Position numbers and translations under genes: made by a program
The notes under the pieces: generated by a model
Databases searched by the model: none
Seen by the model: the letters and a program-made list of their open reading frames with translations, nothing else
Told to the model about the DNA's origin: nothing
Assembly (NCBI GenBank): GCA_964513905.1
Contig: CAZENS010000007.1
Coordinates: 1-37,266, forward strand
Direction: 5' to 3'
Length of the DNA stretch: 37,266 nucleotides
Source: an uncultured Candidatus Saccharibacteria bacterium
Lineage (GTDB): Bacteria > Patescibacteriota > Saccharimonadia > Saccharimonadales > Saccharimonadaceae
Shown: in pieces, positions 8,544 through 17,059 of the stretch
How the letters are laid out: every line of letters starts with the position of its first letter
How positions within the stretch are numbered: the first letter of the stretch is position 1

Positions 8544-9515
8544 ATGGCCAAGAAGGCAGATCTACTAGAGAAGGCTGCAGAGCTAGAACTAGATGTGACA
8601 GAAAAAAATACTATTGCAGAGATTGAAGAAGCAATCGCAGGTGCTGAAAAGCACGAAGTACGCGAAGCTCACGTAGCCAAGGCTGGTAAGCGCAGCGAAA
8701 AGGCGCTAAAAGAAGCTGAGGAAAAAGCAGAGAAAGAGGCTCGGAAAGAGGCCGGCGATACCACACCTCAAGATCCAGAAGCCGAAGAACACAAAAAGAA
8801 GGGTCCAAAACCAATTACCCGACCTCGAATTGAACGACGTGGTAAAAAATACCAGAATGCCGCAAAGAAAATTGAGAAAGACAAGAGCTATAGTCTTGCA
8901 GAAGCCCTCACGCTTGCAACTGAGACGTCAACAACTTCTTTTGATTCAAGCGTAGAAGTTCATGTACGTCTTGGTGTTGATCCGCGACAGGCCGATCAAA
9001 ACATTCGTGCGACTGTAAGTTTGCCAAATGGTACCGGAAAAGATGTTCGGGTTGCAGTTTTTGCGCCAGAGTCAGAACACGCTGCAGCTAAAAAAGCTGG
9101 CGCTTCAATTGTAGGTGATGAAGAATTCATTAAGCAGCTTGACAAAGAAGAGCTGAACTTTGATGTGCTAGTTGCTACTCCACAATATATGCCAAAACTT
9201 GGTCGCTACGCACGACTACTTGGCCCGCGCGGATTAATGCCAAATCCAAAGAGCGGTACGGTTGCCACAGATGTTGCAAAAGCAGTAACAGAGGCTAAAA
9301 CAGGTAAAGTTGAGTACCGTGTTGACAAGCAAGCAATCGTTCACCTTAGTATTGGAAAGGTAAGCTTTGGTCCAGAAAAGCTACTAGAGAATGCGCAGAC
9401 TTTCGTTGATAGCCTTACTGCTCAAAAACCAAGTAGCATAAAGGGTGTATACGTAAAATCAATGACCATTACGACAACAATGGGCCCTGCGATTAAGACT
9501 GAAGTTTCAAACTAG
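8544..9515 (+). CDS. rplA: 50S ribosomal protein L1 with a ~98-aa N-terminal extension
   Basis: The canonical L1 sequence starts around residue 99 ('[24 protein letters not shown]...[15 protein letters not shown]...[15 protein letters not shown]'). ATG 8544 has a strong AAAGGAG Shine-Dalgarno. There is no in-frame ATG or GTG near the canonical N-terminus. Confidence 0.9.
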   Translation: MAKKADLLEKAAELELDVTEKNTIAEIEEAIAGAEKHEVREAHVAKAGKRSEKALKEAEEKAEKEARKEAGDTTPQDPEAEEHKKKGPKPITRPRIERRGKKYQNAAKKIEKDKSYSLAEALTLATETSTTSFDSSVEVHVRLGVDPRQADQNIRATVSLPNGTGKDVRVAVFAPESEHAAAKKAGASIVGDEEFIKQLDKEELNFDVLVATPQYMPKLGRYARLLGPRGLMPNPKSGTVATDVAKAVTEAKTGKVEYRVDKQAIVHLSIGKVSFGPEKLLENAQTFVDSLTAQKPSSIKGVYVKSMTITTTMGPAIKTEVSN

Positions 9516-9533
9516 AAGCAATTAAATTACGAG

Positions 9534-9563
9534 AACTCCGTCAAATTTGTGGCGGAGTTTTTT
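9534..9563 (+). terminator. Intrinsic terminator after rplA
   Basis: AACTCCG / CGGAGTT forms a 7-bp stem followed by TTTT. Confidence 0.65.
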
Positions 9564-9599
9564 GTAGCTGATTCTACACCACTCATTGCCGAGATATAT

Positions 9600-9608
9600 T
9601 GCTATACT
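9600..9608 (+). promoter_or_regulatory. Extended -10 (TGCTATACT) for thyA
   Basis: A TGn-type -10 box 25 nt upstream of ATG 9634. A GGGGGAG Shine-Dalgarno lies in between. Confidence 0.45.
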
Positions 9609-9633
9609 GACATATAGGGAAGAGGGGGAGCGT

Positions 9634-10554
9634 ATGAGGCAATACTTAGCGTTGCTAAAAGACATAAAGCAAAACGGAGTTAACAAATCTGATCGCACAG
9701 GCACGGGAACGAGGAGTGTATTTGGCCGTCAAACTCGTTATGATCTAGCCAAGGGATTTCCTGCCGTCACAACAAAAAAACTTTATTTCAATAGTGTAGT
9801 ACACGAGCTGCTGTGGTTCTTAAAGGGCACGGGTAATATTGAATATCTGGCACAGAATAACGTTCATATCTGGGACGAATGGCCATTCAAGGCGTACCTG
9901 GAAAAAAATAATTTACCAATTCCAGAAGTTAATAGCAATGAGTGGAAGATGCAAATGAGTGAGTTTATTGAACGCATTGCCGCCGACCACTCATTTGCAG
10001 AGCAGTGGGGCGACCTAGGCCCAGTTTACGGTGTTCAATGGCGCAAATGGCCCGATGGCAAAGGTGGGCATATCGATCAGATTGCTAATGCTATCGACAT
10101 GATAAAAAATAATCCCGATAGTCGTCGCAATATTGTTAGCGCTTGGAATGTAGCCGAAATAGATGATATTGCACAAGCTGGCGGCCTGCCGCCGTGCCAC
10201 ACGATGTTTCAGTTTAGTGTTAGGGATGGAAAGCTTGATCTGCACCTTACTCAGCGCAGTGCTGATACGTTTCTGGGCGTGCCGTTTAACATTGCATCAT
10301 ATGCGCTCCTTCAGAGTATGGTTGCGCAAGTGACCAACACAGAACCTGGTGAATTTGTACACACAACGATAGACACACACCTCTATGTAAATCATATGGA
10401 TCAAGTCGACGAGCAGCTATCGCGCACGCCACGCGCCTTGCCAAAATTGGTACTCAACAAATCGATCACAAATATAGACAATTTCACCTTCGATGACATC
10501 AAGCTTGAAGGCTACGACCCGTATCCGCCGATTAAGGCGCCGATTGCTGTCTAA
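9634..10554 (+). CDS. thyA: Thymidylate synthase (ThyA), long form with an internal insertion
   Basis: '[11 protein letters not shown]', '[11 protein letters not shown]', catalytic '[10 protein letters not shown]' and 'DTHLYVNH'. About 306 aa because of an insertion, like the long Lactobacillus-type enzymes. The track ORF is over-extended to 9586. Confidence 0.95.
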   Translation: MRQYLALLKDIKQNGVNKSDRTGTGTRSVFGRQTRYDLAKGFPAVTTKKLYFNSVVHELLWFLKGTGNIEYLAQNNVHIWDEWPFKAYLEKNNLPIPEVNSNEWKMQMSEFIERIAADHSFAEQWGDLGPVYGVQWRKWPDGKGGHIDQIANAIDMIKNNPDSRRNIVSAWNVAEIDDIAQAGGLPPCHTMFQFSVRDGKLDLHLTQRSADTFLGVPFNIASYALLQSMVAQVTNTEPGEFVHTTIDTHLYVNHMDQVDEQLSRTPRALPKLVLNKSITNIDNFTFDDIKLEGYDPYPPIKAPIAV

Positions 10555-11042
10555 TCTTTAGTGTATTCATACACCACAAAGTCATGAGCATATTCATTAC
10601 GCTCATCTGCTTTTCGGCGTTCACGACTAACAGCCTGCCACTTTTTAGAATCTAGTCGTGGAAAATACGTTGTCATATCCTGAAACTCAGCATCTACTTC
10701 TGTCGCATATATTCTCTCAACACTATCTATTGACTGCTCGTACAGCTGCGCACCGCCAAATATAAAAACTTCATCATGCTGCGCTAGCTGATATGCTTCA
10801 TCCAGACTGCGTGCCACTTCCAGGCCTGCCTGCGGCTCCAAAGTTCTGCTTACGACAATATTTTGACGTCCGGGCAGTGCGCGCCCAATCGACTCAAAGG
10901 TTTTTCGACCCATAATGATTGTATTGCCCAGCGTCAGCTCTTTAACGCGTGTTAAGTCGGAAGGTAAGTCCCGCCCCCACGGCAAGTCAGTCCCATTGCC
11001 GATAGCCAAATTCTTGTCATACGCAACTAATATATTTTTCAT
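10551..11042 (-). CDS. folA: Dihydrofolate reductase
   Basis: '[11 protein letters not shown]...[25 protein letters not shown]...IFGGAQLY'. Confidence 0.9.
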   Translation of the reverse strand: MKNILVAYDKNLAIGNGTDLPWGRDLPSDLTRVKELTLGNTIIMGRKTFESIGRALPGRQNIVVSRTLEPQAGLEVARSLDEAYQLAQHDEVFIFGGAQLYEQSIDSVERIYATEVDAEFQDMTTYFPRLDSKKWQAVSRERRKADERNEYAHDFVVYEYTKD

Positions 11043-11164
11043 ACCTACTCCTCGCTTACTTTATCGTAACCTCTAGCGAAAATATACCACTTGAAAATAA
11101 TACGATTATACACAATATTAGTATACGCTATGCGTACACGCACTTAATATTGACATCCCTGCTA

Positions 11165-11425
11165 CTAGCGGTACAAAAGAAGATTCAGCAAAATCCAACC
11201 AGGATTCCCGCTCCTAATAGCCAAACACGCACACACCGTTGACCCTCCCGAGACTAGTAGAATCAATATGGTTGTAATCCAGCCAATAGTGTCAAGATTA
11301 AGTAGTGCAACTACAGACATAACAATGCTAGCGACGATAATCAAACTTGCGCAAATAACCAACATCCAGCTTCGACCTTCAGCCGCCAGAAACGGCATGT
11401 TATACCACTTTTCTTTAGTAGACAT
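11165..11425 (-). CDS. Small hypothetical 2-TM membrane protein
   Basis: 86-aa ORF from ATG 11425 with a GAAGGA Shine-Dalgarno upstream and two hydrophobic helices. It runs in the same direction as folA and lies upstream of it. Confidence 0.45.
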   Translation of the reverse strand: MSTKEKWYNMPFLAAEGRSWMLVICASLIIVASIVMSVVALLNLDTIGWITTILILLVSGGSTVCACLAIRSGNPGWILLNLLLYR

Positions 11426-11509
11426 CAATGAAGTCCTTCATTATCATAGTTAACCTTGTCTTAATAGATATATACCTCTTTTGTTACTTTTAATTATACC
11501 ACCCAAGCG

Positions 11510-11518
11510 TGATACAAT
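11510..11518 (+). promoter_or_regulatory. Extended -10 (TGATACAAT) for dcd-tmk
   Basis: A TGn-type -10 box 24 nt upstream of ATG 11543. A GTGAGGGA Shine-Dalgarno lies in between. Confidence 0.45.
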
Positions 11519-11542
11519 GAATCTAGAACAAAGTGAGGGAAC

Positions 11543-12265
11543 ATGGCAGTATATAGTAATACCGATATTTTACAGGCGGTGAATGATGGCACGATAGTGT
11601 GCACGCCGTTTGACAAGCGACACGTGAGCGAAGCGAGTTTAGATTTTACGCTTGGCTATTATTTTTATAAACAAGAATATTCTGACAATGCAAAGGTGTA
11701 CAACCCATTTGATGAGGCAGACGTCGCACGATATTTTAAAGGGCCGCTCGAAGCCATGCCGCATAAGGATTGGTGTGAGAAGAATGGGTATAAGTTATTT
11801 GAAAACATTCCCGAGGATCACCCGATTATTGTCCTTAAACCAGGCGAGCGCATCTTGGCGCATACACACGAATTCGTTGGTATACGTGCTCACGGAGGTG
11901 CCGCCGAAGTAAAAAGCCGTAGCAGCTGGGGCCGCAATGGCGTAGCAGTGTGTTTTGATGCTGGATGGATCGATCCTGGCTACATCAACCGCATTACATT
12001 AGAAATATACAATCTTAATCAGCACGAGTCAGTAGTACTGCCGGTTGGCGAGCGAGTAGGGCAGCTAATATTCCATGACACAATTTCACCTGTAGAAGGC
12101 GACTACAGTGATGGCCGCAAGGGAATGAGTGGAAAATATCAACATACAGACAATTTAGACGAGTTAATAGCAAGCTGGCGCCCAAGTATGATGCTGCCTC
12201 GTGCCTTTAAGGACAAGCGCGCACTGCCCAAAGAAATTAGTGGACTCAGCGAAGGGTATAAGTAG
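11543..12265 (+). CDS. dcd: dCTP deaminase family protein (long form)
   Basis: N-terminal 'ILQAVNDGTIVCTPFDKRHVSEASLDFTLG' and core 'SRSSWGRNGVAVCFDAGWIDPGYINRITLEIYN'. Confidence 0.8.
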   Translation: MAVYSNTDILQAVNDGTIVCTPFDKRHVSEASLDFTLGYYFYKQEYSDNAKVYNPFDEADVARYFKGPLEAMPHKDWCEKNGYKLFENIPEDHPIIVLKPGERILAHTHEFVGIRAHGGAAEVKSRSSWGRNGVAVCFDAGWIDPGYINRITLEIYNLNQHESVVLPVGERVGQLIFHDTISPVEGDYSDGRKGMSGKYQHTDNLDELIASWRPSMMLPRAFKDKRALPKEISGLSEGYK

Positions 12266-12266
12266 G

Positions 12267-12950
12267 ATGAGCCGCGGCAGACTAATCGCAATTGAGGGTG
12301 GTGATGGCTCAGGCAAAGCGACACAAGCTGAACTTACACGGCAATATATCGAAGAGACGCTCGGCCGACCAGTTATGAAAGCATCGTTTCCGCGATACGG
12401 AGAAGAATCTTCGCTATTTGTGCAGAAATATCTAAATGGGGAATATGGCGACATAGACGCTATGCCACCGGAAGTTGTTGCACTTTTATTTGCGACCGAT
12501 CGTATGGCGGGCACTCCAGAAATTTCTAGCTGGCTGAATGCCAAACCGGACGGAGTCGCCGTACTGGATAGATACGTCGGATCAAATCTTGCTCATCAGG
12601 GGGCGAAAATTCAAAATACTGCAAAAAGACATGCGTTCTATAGCGATATTCAATCTTACGAAACAAATGTGCTCGGTATGCTCACACCAGATGTAAATAT
12701 TGTACTGCTTTTGCCGTCTGATATTGCACAGCAAAATGTTGATACAAAAGACCCACGATCATACACCAATAAGAAACGTGATATCCACGAAGCGAACAAG
12801 CAATATCTTGAACAAGTAAAATTTTGCTATGAAGAATTATGCAAACTTTTTCCAGATAAGTACATTCCTGTTAATTGCACAAACAAGTCAGGAGACATGC
12901 GCACCCGCGAAGAAATTCAACAAGACATCCGATCAATCATCGCAATTTAG
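12267..12950 (+). CDS. tmk: Thymidylate kinase
   Basis: 'MSRGRLIAIEGGDGSGKATQ'. The ATG lies 1 nt after the dcd stop. The track ORF is over-extended to 12201. Confidence 0.9.
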   Translation: MSRGRLIAIEGGDGSGKATQAELTRQYIEETLGRPVMKASFPRYGEESSLFVQKYLNGEYGDIDAMPPEVVALLFATDRMAGTPEISSWLNAKPDGVAVLDRYVGSNLAHQGAKIQNTAKRHAFYSDIQSYETNVLGMLTPDVNIVLLLPSDIAQQNVDTKDPRSYTNKKRDIHEANKQYLEQVKFCYEELCKLFPDKYIPVNCTNKSGDMRTREEIQQDIRSIIAI

Positions 12951-13000
12951 CAAAGAAAACATTCAACACAATCCAGACATAATGGTATACTATAAGCACA

Positions 13001-14332
13001 ATGAAACGGGAGGGAAGAATGCGTAGATTTCGCCCGCTAAACACCATGCGGCGTTTTTTTACAATTCCCGTAGAAACATCTCATCTAAAATCAAAAACCG
13101 TACAAAGGCTCTCGTTTACGTTTGAATACGTACTCCTACTTGTTGTGTCGGTCGTGATTAGTACGTTGGGTCTATTGATGGATTCATCTGCGACAATTAT
13201 CGGTGGTATGATTGTATCTCCGTTTATTATTCCAGTTCTCTCGCTTGCGTATGGTATTTACGACGGCAATATACGAATCATGCATAAGTCTCTGCTTATG
13301 ATTGTGGTCTCCATCGCAATTGCGCTCGCCACCTCATTTTTAATTACAGAAATATCACCACTAAAAAACATTACTGATGAAATATCGATACGAACAACAC
13401 CAACCTTGTTAGATTTATTCATTGCACTCGGAGCTGGACTGGTTGGAGTTCTTGCGCTATCGAGACATAAAATTGCAGATAGCTTTGCGGGCGTAGCAAT
13501 TGCAACTTCGCTGGTGCCGCCACTTTCGGTTGCTGGCGTTGGCTTATCACTAGAGATGAGCCAGGTGTTCTATGGCGGCATGCTGCTTTTTTTGCTGAAT
13601 GTTCTTGCAATCGCCTTTATTGGTACGATATATCTCACATTTCAGCACTGGCTTGCGGCAGATAAATCACACATCTCCGTACGCGTGCTATCGATTATCG
13701 GTGTGAGTTTACTATTACTGGTGCTTCCACTTACGTACCAACTTCGAAATTACACCTACAATCTAACTGTTCAGGATGAAGTGCGCACCACGATTGAAGA
13801 TACAATTCACACGCGGTATCAAAACTCACGAGTCGATCATATCGAGACTTCTGTGGCAAAGCGAAACAACCGCAACGTTATTACTATCAACGCGCAGGCA
13901 ACTATAGATGAAGGCGATACTATATCTTATGAACTTCAGGAGCAAATTGATAAGAAACTAAAGAAAAAGCTACAAGCAGATATTAAATTACAGCTTAGCA
14001 TTCGACGATCGGTTGGAATTATCTCCAAAGAACAAGAAAAACAATCACTAGCAACAAAAAACTTTATCGATACATTCACTAAGGCTATGCGAAAACACCA
14101 CCCAGATGTAAGCGTTTCCAGCATAGTGCTAGAAACACCAGCAGAGACTAGCAGTCTGACGGCCATTATTCGCTTAACGGGAGCGCCCGAAGACACGCCG
14201 TCTAAGCACTCGCTAAAAACTATTCAAGCAGAAAGCTCAAATAGTTTGCCAGAACACGTTGAGTACGACATAACCTATATACCAGTAATTAAGCTGACAG
14301 CACCTCAGCAAGAAACAAATAAAAATAGCTAA
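13001..14332 (+). CDS. DUF389-family integral membrane protein with a C-terminal soluble region
   Basis: 'IIGGMIVSPFIIPVLSLAYG', 'RTTPTLLDLFIALGAGLVG' and 'GVAIATSLVPPLSVAGVGL'. The start is ambiguous. ATG 13001 lies 9 nt after TGGTATACT. ATG 13019 is preceded by a GGGAGGG Shine-Dalgarno. Confidence 0.7.
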   Translation: MKREGRMRRFRPLNTMRRFFTIPVETSHLKSKTVQRLSFTFEYVLLLVVSVVISTLGLLMDSSATIIGGMIVSPFIIPVLSLAYGIYDGNIRIMHKSLLMIVVSIAIALATSFLITEISPLKNITDEISIRTTPTLLDLFIALGAGLVGVLALSRHKIADSFAGVAIATSLVPPLSVAGVGLSLEMSQVFYGGMLLFLLNVLAIAFIGTIYLTFQHWLAADKSHISVRVLSIIGVSLLLLVLPLTYQLRNYTYNLTVQDEVRTTIEDTIHTRYQNSRVDHIETSVAKRNNRNVITINAQATIDEGDTISYELQEQIDKKLKKKLQADIKLQLSIRRSVGIISKEQEKQSLATKNFIDTFTKAMRKHHPDVSVSSIVLETPAETSSLTAIIRLTGAPEDTPSKHSLKTIQAESSNSLPEHVEYDITYIPVIKLTAPQQETNKNS

Positions 14333-14338
14333 AATGTG

Positions 14339-14367
14339 TTGACTTTTTTACTAGTGTAGAATATACT
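14339..14367 (+). promoter_or_regulatory. Sigma70-type promoter for rplJ-rplL
   Basis: TTGACT, a 17-nt spacer, then TATACT. Confidence 0.55.
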
Positions 14368-14373
14368 ACGTAA

Positions 14374-14583
14374 AGACATTGCCAAAGACAGTAGCAGTCC
14401 AAGGAAACAAAGACTTAATACGCTACCGAGGAATGAGACAAACAATCATTTCAATTAAGAGTAAGTCTTTGGTAGTGCGAGAATCAAAGACTCTTTTTTT
14501 ATAAAGATATTTGATACCAAACTACCAGATCTTTAACAATATATCCCAATCATTATAAACCTAACCAAAAGGAAGTTTAATTT
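14374..14583 (+). promoter_or_regulatory. rplJ 5' leader (L10-leader-type attenuator)
   Basis: A ~210-nt untranslated leader with four AAAGAC(A/T) copies, nested helices (GTAGC...GCTAC enclosing AGTC...GACT) and an internal terminator. Confidence 0.5.
14464..14500 (+). terminator. Leader (attenuator) terminator upstream of rplJ
   Basis: AGTCTTTG (14464-14471) pairs with CAAAGACT (14485-14492) in a perfect 8-bp stem, followed by C and TTTTTTT. Confidence 0.65.
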
Positions 14584-15108
14584 ATGGCAATTACCCGCGA
14601 TAAAAAACAATCTTTGGTTGCTGAAGTATCTGACATTCTTGCCGATGCAAAAATGACTGCATTTGCAAAATATCAGGGCCTTAGCGTAGCAGACCTTCAA
14701 GCTTTGCGAGCAGCTGCTCGTGAGGCAAATGTAACTATTAAAGTGGTGAAAAACCGCCTTGTGCGAGTAGCTCTATCAGAGCACGACACCTACAAAGATA
14801 CAGATACATCTGCGCTTGAAGGACAGCTTCTGTATGCATTTAGCAGTGAAGACGAAGTTGCGCCAGCACAAGTGCTAAAAAACTTCTCAAAAGACCACGA
14901 AGCGCTGGAGCTTGTCGGTGGCTTTAGTGAAGAAGGTAAATCGCTAGATACAGCTGAAGTAACAGCGCTTGCTGGACTACCGAGCAAAGAACAGCTCATT
15001 GCAGAAGTTGTATCACAGTTACTATCACCTGTACACGATGTTACAAATGCGCTTTCTGGAAACCTTCACGGCTTGCTCGATGGCGTCGAAGCAAAAGCAA
15101 CCAATTAA
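14584..15108 (+). CDS. rplJ: 50S ribosomal protein L10
   Basis: 'MAITRDKKQSLVAEVSDILADAKMTAFAKYQGLSVADLQALR' with an AAGGAAG Shine-Dalgarno. Confidence 0.95.
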   Translation: MAITRDKKQSLVAEVSDILADAKMTAFAKYQGLSVADLQALRAAAREANVTIKVVKNRLVRVALSEHDTYKDTDTSALEGQLLYAFSSEDEVAPAQVLKNFSKDHEALELVGGFSEEGKSLDTAEVTALAGLPSKEQLIAEVVSQLLSPVHDVTNALSGNLHGLLDGVEAKATN

Positions 15109-15142
15109 TTATTAACCGATTATTACAAGTAAGGAGCTAAAA

Positions 15143-15523
15143 ATGGCTGATGTAAAAAAACTTGCTGAAGAACTAACGAAACTAACAGTTCTTGAAGTAA
15201 ACGAACTAAAAAACGTACTAAAAGATGAATATGGCATTGAGCCAGCTGCAGCTGCAGTAGCAGTTGCTGGTCCAGCTGCCGGTGGAGACGCAGGTGCTGC
15301 CGCAGAAGAAAAAAGCGAATTCACCGTACAGCTTAAAGACGCTGGCGGACAGAAAGTTGCTGTTATTAAGGCTGTGAAAGAAATCACCGGACTTGGTCTT
15401 GGTGAAGCGAAGGCTCTTGTCGACGACGCTCCAAGTGCAATCAAAGAAAAAGCTACTAAGGAAGAAGCTGAAGAAGCAAAGAAGAAGCTTGAAGAAGCTG
15501 GCGCTAGCGTAGAGCTAGTATAG
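15143..15523 (+). CDS. rplL: 50S ribosomal protein L7/L12
   Basis: An Ala-rich hinge and '[24 protein letters not shown]'. Confidence 0.95.
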   Translation: MADVKKLAEELTKLTVLEVNELKNVLKDEYGIEPAAAAVAVAGPAAGGDAGAAAEEKSEFTVQLKDAGGQKVAVIKAVKEITGLGLGEAKALVDDAPSAIKEKATKEEAEEAKKKLEEAGASVELV

Positions 15524-15551
15524 TAATATTTGGGATTATTGTTACTGAAAT

Positions 15552-15584
15552 AATACCGCCATATCACGTGGCGGTATTTATTTT
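15552..15584 (+). terminator. Intrinsic terminator after rplL
   Basis: AATACCGCCA / TGGCGGTATT forms a perfect 10-bp stem followed by a T-rich tract. Confidence 0.8.
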
Positions 15585-15679
15585 CAACTGTAAAATTTGC
15601 AACAATTTTAGAGCCACCAATGTTTTTGCTGTGGAAAGGTGCTTCTTACAGTAGACCATACCAAAAGACTCCTTGAGTA

Positions 15680-15708
15680 TTGACTTTATTACTATTTTAT
15701 AGTATTAT
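15680..15708 (+). promoter_or_regulatory. Sigma70-type promoter; leaderless configuration
   Basis: TTGACT, a 17-nt spacer, then TATTAT. The ATG at 15715 lies 6 nt after the -10 box. Confidence 0.5.
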
Positions 15709-15714
15709 ATAGAT

Positions 15715-16335
15715 ATGTCAAGATTAGTAAAAGCACCCGCTACTATCCATGTCGAAAAGCATACACTAACGCCACAGCACATTGAATTTGCTGAGATAGG
15801 TATAAATAACGTCTATCATAGAATGGGCTTACAGGCCGTTGTTAACACGATTGAATACCCCTACAGATCTTACCCAGAGTATAGAAACAGTGGACAGGTC
15901 AGTACTGCTATACTTGCTGGTCATGAATGCTGGCAGGGTGGAGGTTTGAATGTATGGGCAACGGGGCGCGATCTCACTTCTTATGACGGATCGGTCAATT
16001 ATGCATTTGGAGTGGCAGGTCACGATGGTCACGTAGTCGTATCATCACACAGGCTCGACCTTGAAGACCCACATAATCCTACCGAGTTCTTAACGGTAGT
16101 TACTCACGAATCTGGTCACGCCATGGGGCTCGTCGACCCAAGAAAACCAAATCACGATAGCAGATACGGATTCGGAGGACACTGCAACCAATCCTGCACA
16201 ATGGAGGCAGCTAATAACAGAAATCACATTATAGAATCGCGTAATCGTCTACTGAACAATATAGGATCTGCTGGATTTTGTGGCTACTGCCTTTATGATT
16301 TGGCAAAACGTGGGCACGACATACGGAACAGCTAG
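15715..16335 (+). CDS. Archaemetzincin-like zinc metalloprotease (peptidase M54-like)
   Basis: 'VNYAFGVAGHDGHVVVSSHRL', 'THESGHAMGL' (HExxHxxG), then 'HCNQSCTME' (CxxxCxM) and 'FCGYC' (CxxC). The spacings differ somewhat from the canonical archaemetzincin motif. Confidence 0.55.
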   Translation: MSRLVKAPATIHVEKHTLTPQHIEFAEIGINNVYHRMGLQAVVNTIEYPYRSYPEYRNSGQVSTAILAGHECWQGGGLNVWATGRDLTSYDGSVNYAFGVAGHDGHVVVSSHRLDLEDPHNPTEFLTVVTHESGHAMGLVDPRKPNHDSRYGFGGHCNQSCTMEAANNRNHIIESRNRLLNNIGSAGFCGYCLYDLAKRGHDIRNS

Positions 16336-16440
16336 CGAGCGCACAGAGCACTCGCAAGACCTCTTGACCTAAGCATTAAACTGCTGTATATATAGATATG
16401 ATATTGTAATAAAAAACACAGACAAGGAACTGCGAGAATT

Positions 16441-16956
16441 ATGTCTGAATTACCAGAGAAACAAGTCAAGCGCTTGAAATCATTGATTCAAGATGCTGAA
16501 ACAAACCTGGCTGCCGCTAAGGAGCTTTTGATTAGCATCCTTGGCGAAGACGGTCAAATTGTAACACCAAAGAATAGCCAAGAAGATGTAGCCGGAAAGG
16601 TGATAGAGGGCGTATTCGACGGCCAAGTGATGATTGGCCCTGACGGAAAAAGCTACCCTGTACCAGCAAATTATGCCAGCAAGTCAAAGCTTGTAGAAGG
16701 CGACATGCTAAAACTAACCATCACAGATGGTGGCGGCTTTATCTACAAACAAATTGGCCCAACAGAACGTCGACAAATTATCGGAACACTTGTACAGCAT
16801 GACGGCGCATACTATGTAGAAGCAGGCGGTAAAGAATATAGAATTCTTCTAGCTAGCGTTACATATTTCCGTATTAATATCGGAGACCAAGTTACAATTA
16901 TTATCCCAGAAGACAACCCAGACGCAACATGGGCTGCGGTTGAAGCTGCGTTGTAG
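16441..16956 (+). CDS. Hypothetical protein: N-terminal helix plus two tandem ~45-aa beta-rich repeats
   Basis: 171-aa ORF. Repeat 1 is 'VIEGVFDGQVMIGPDGKSYPVPANYASKSKLVEGDMLKLTI'. Repeat 2 is 'IIGTLVQHDGAYYVEAGGKEYRILLASVTYFRINIGDQVTIII'. A candidate promoter TTGACC-17-TATATA lies at 16364-16392. Confidence 0.6.
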   Translation: MSELPEKQVKRLKSLIQDAETNLAAAKELLISILGEDGQIVTPKNSQEDVAGKVIEGVFDGQVMIGPDGKSYPVPANYASKSKLVEGDMLKLTITDGGGFIYKQIGPTERRQIIGTLVQHDGAYYVEAGGKEYRILLASVTYFRINIGDQVTIIIPEDNPDATWAAVEAAL

Positions 16957-16975
16957 CCCTCTCTAGTTTATATAC

Positions 16976-17005
16976 AAACCACCCCTTCGCGGGTGGTTTT
17001 ATTTT
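16976..17005 (+). terminator. Intrinsic terminator
   Basis: AAACCACCC / GGGTGGTTT forms a 9-bp stem with loop cttcgc, followed by a T-tract. Confidence 0.75.
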
Positions 17006-17027
17006 GCAGCAAAAGAGATGGGATTGA

Positions 17028-17036
17028 TGATATAAT
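17028..17036 (+). promoter_or_regulatory. Extended -10 (TGATATAAT) for dnaX-dnaB
   Basis: TGnTATAAT lies 23 nt upstream of ATG 17060. A GAGGG Shine-Dalgarno lies in between. Confidence 0.5.
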
Positions 17037-17059
17037 AAGAGGAGTAATGAGGGACTATA

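Noticed and set aside
8670-8720. '[13 protein letters not shown]' in the L1 extension as a duplicated L1 N-terminus
   Set aside because: It resembles the canonical 'AK.GKRY..A' start, but the match is short and lies in low-complexity Lys/Glu/Ala sequence. I do not have enough evidence for a duplication.
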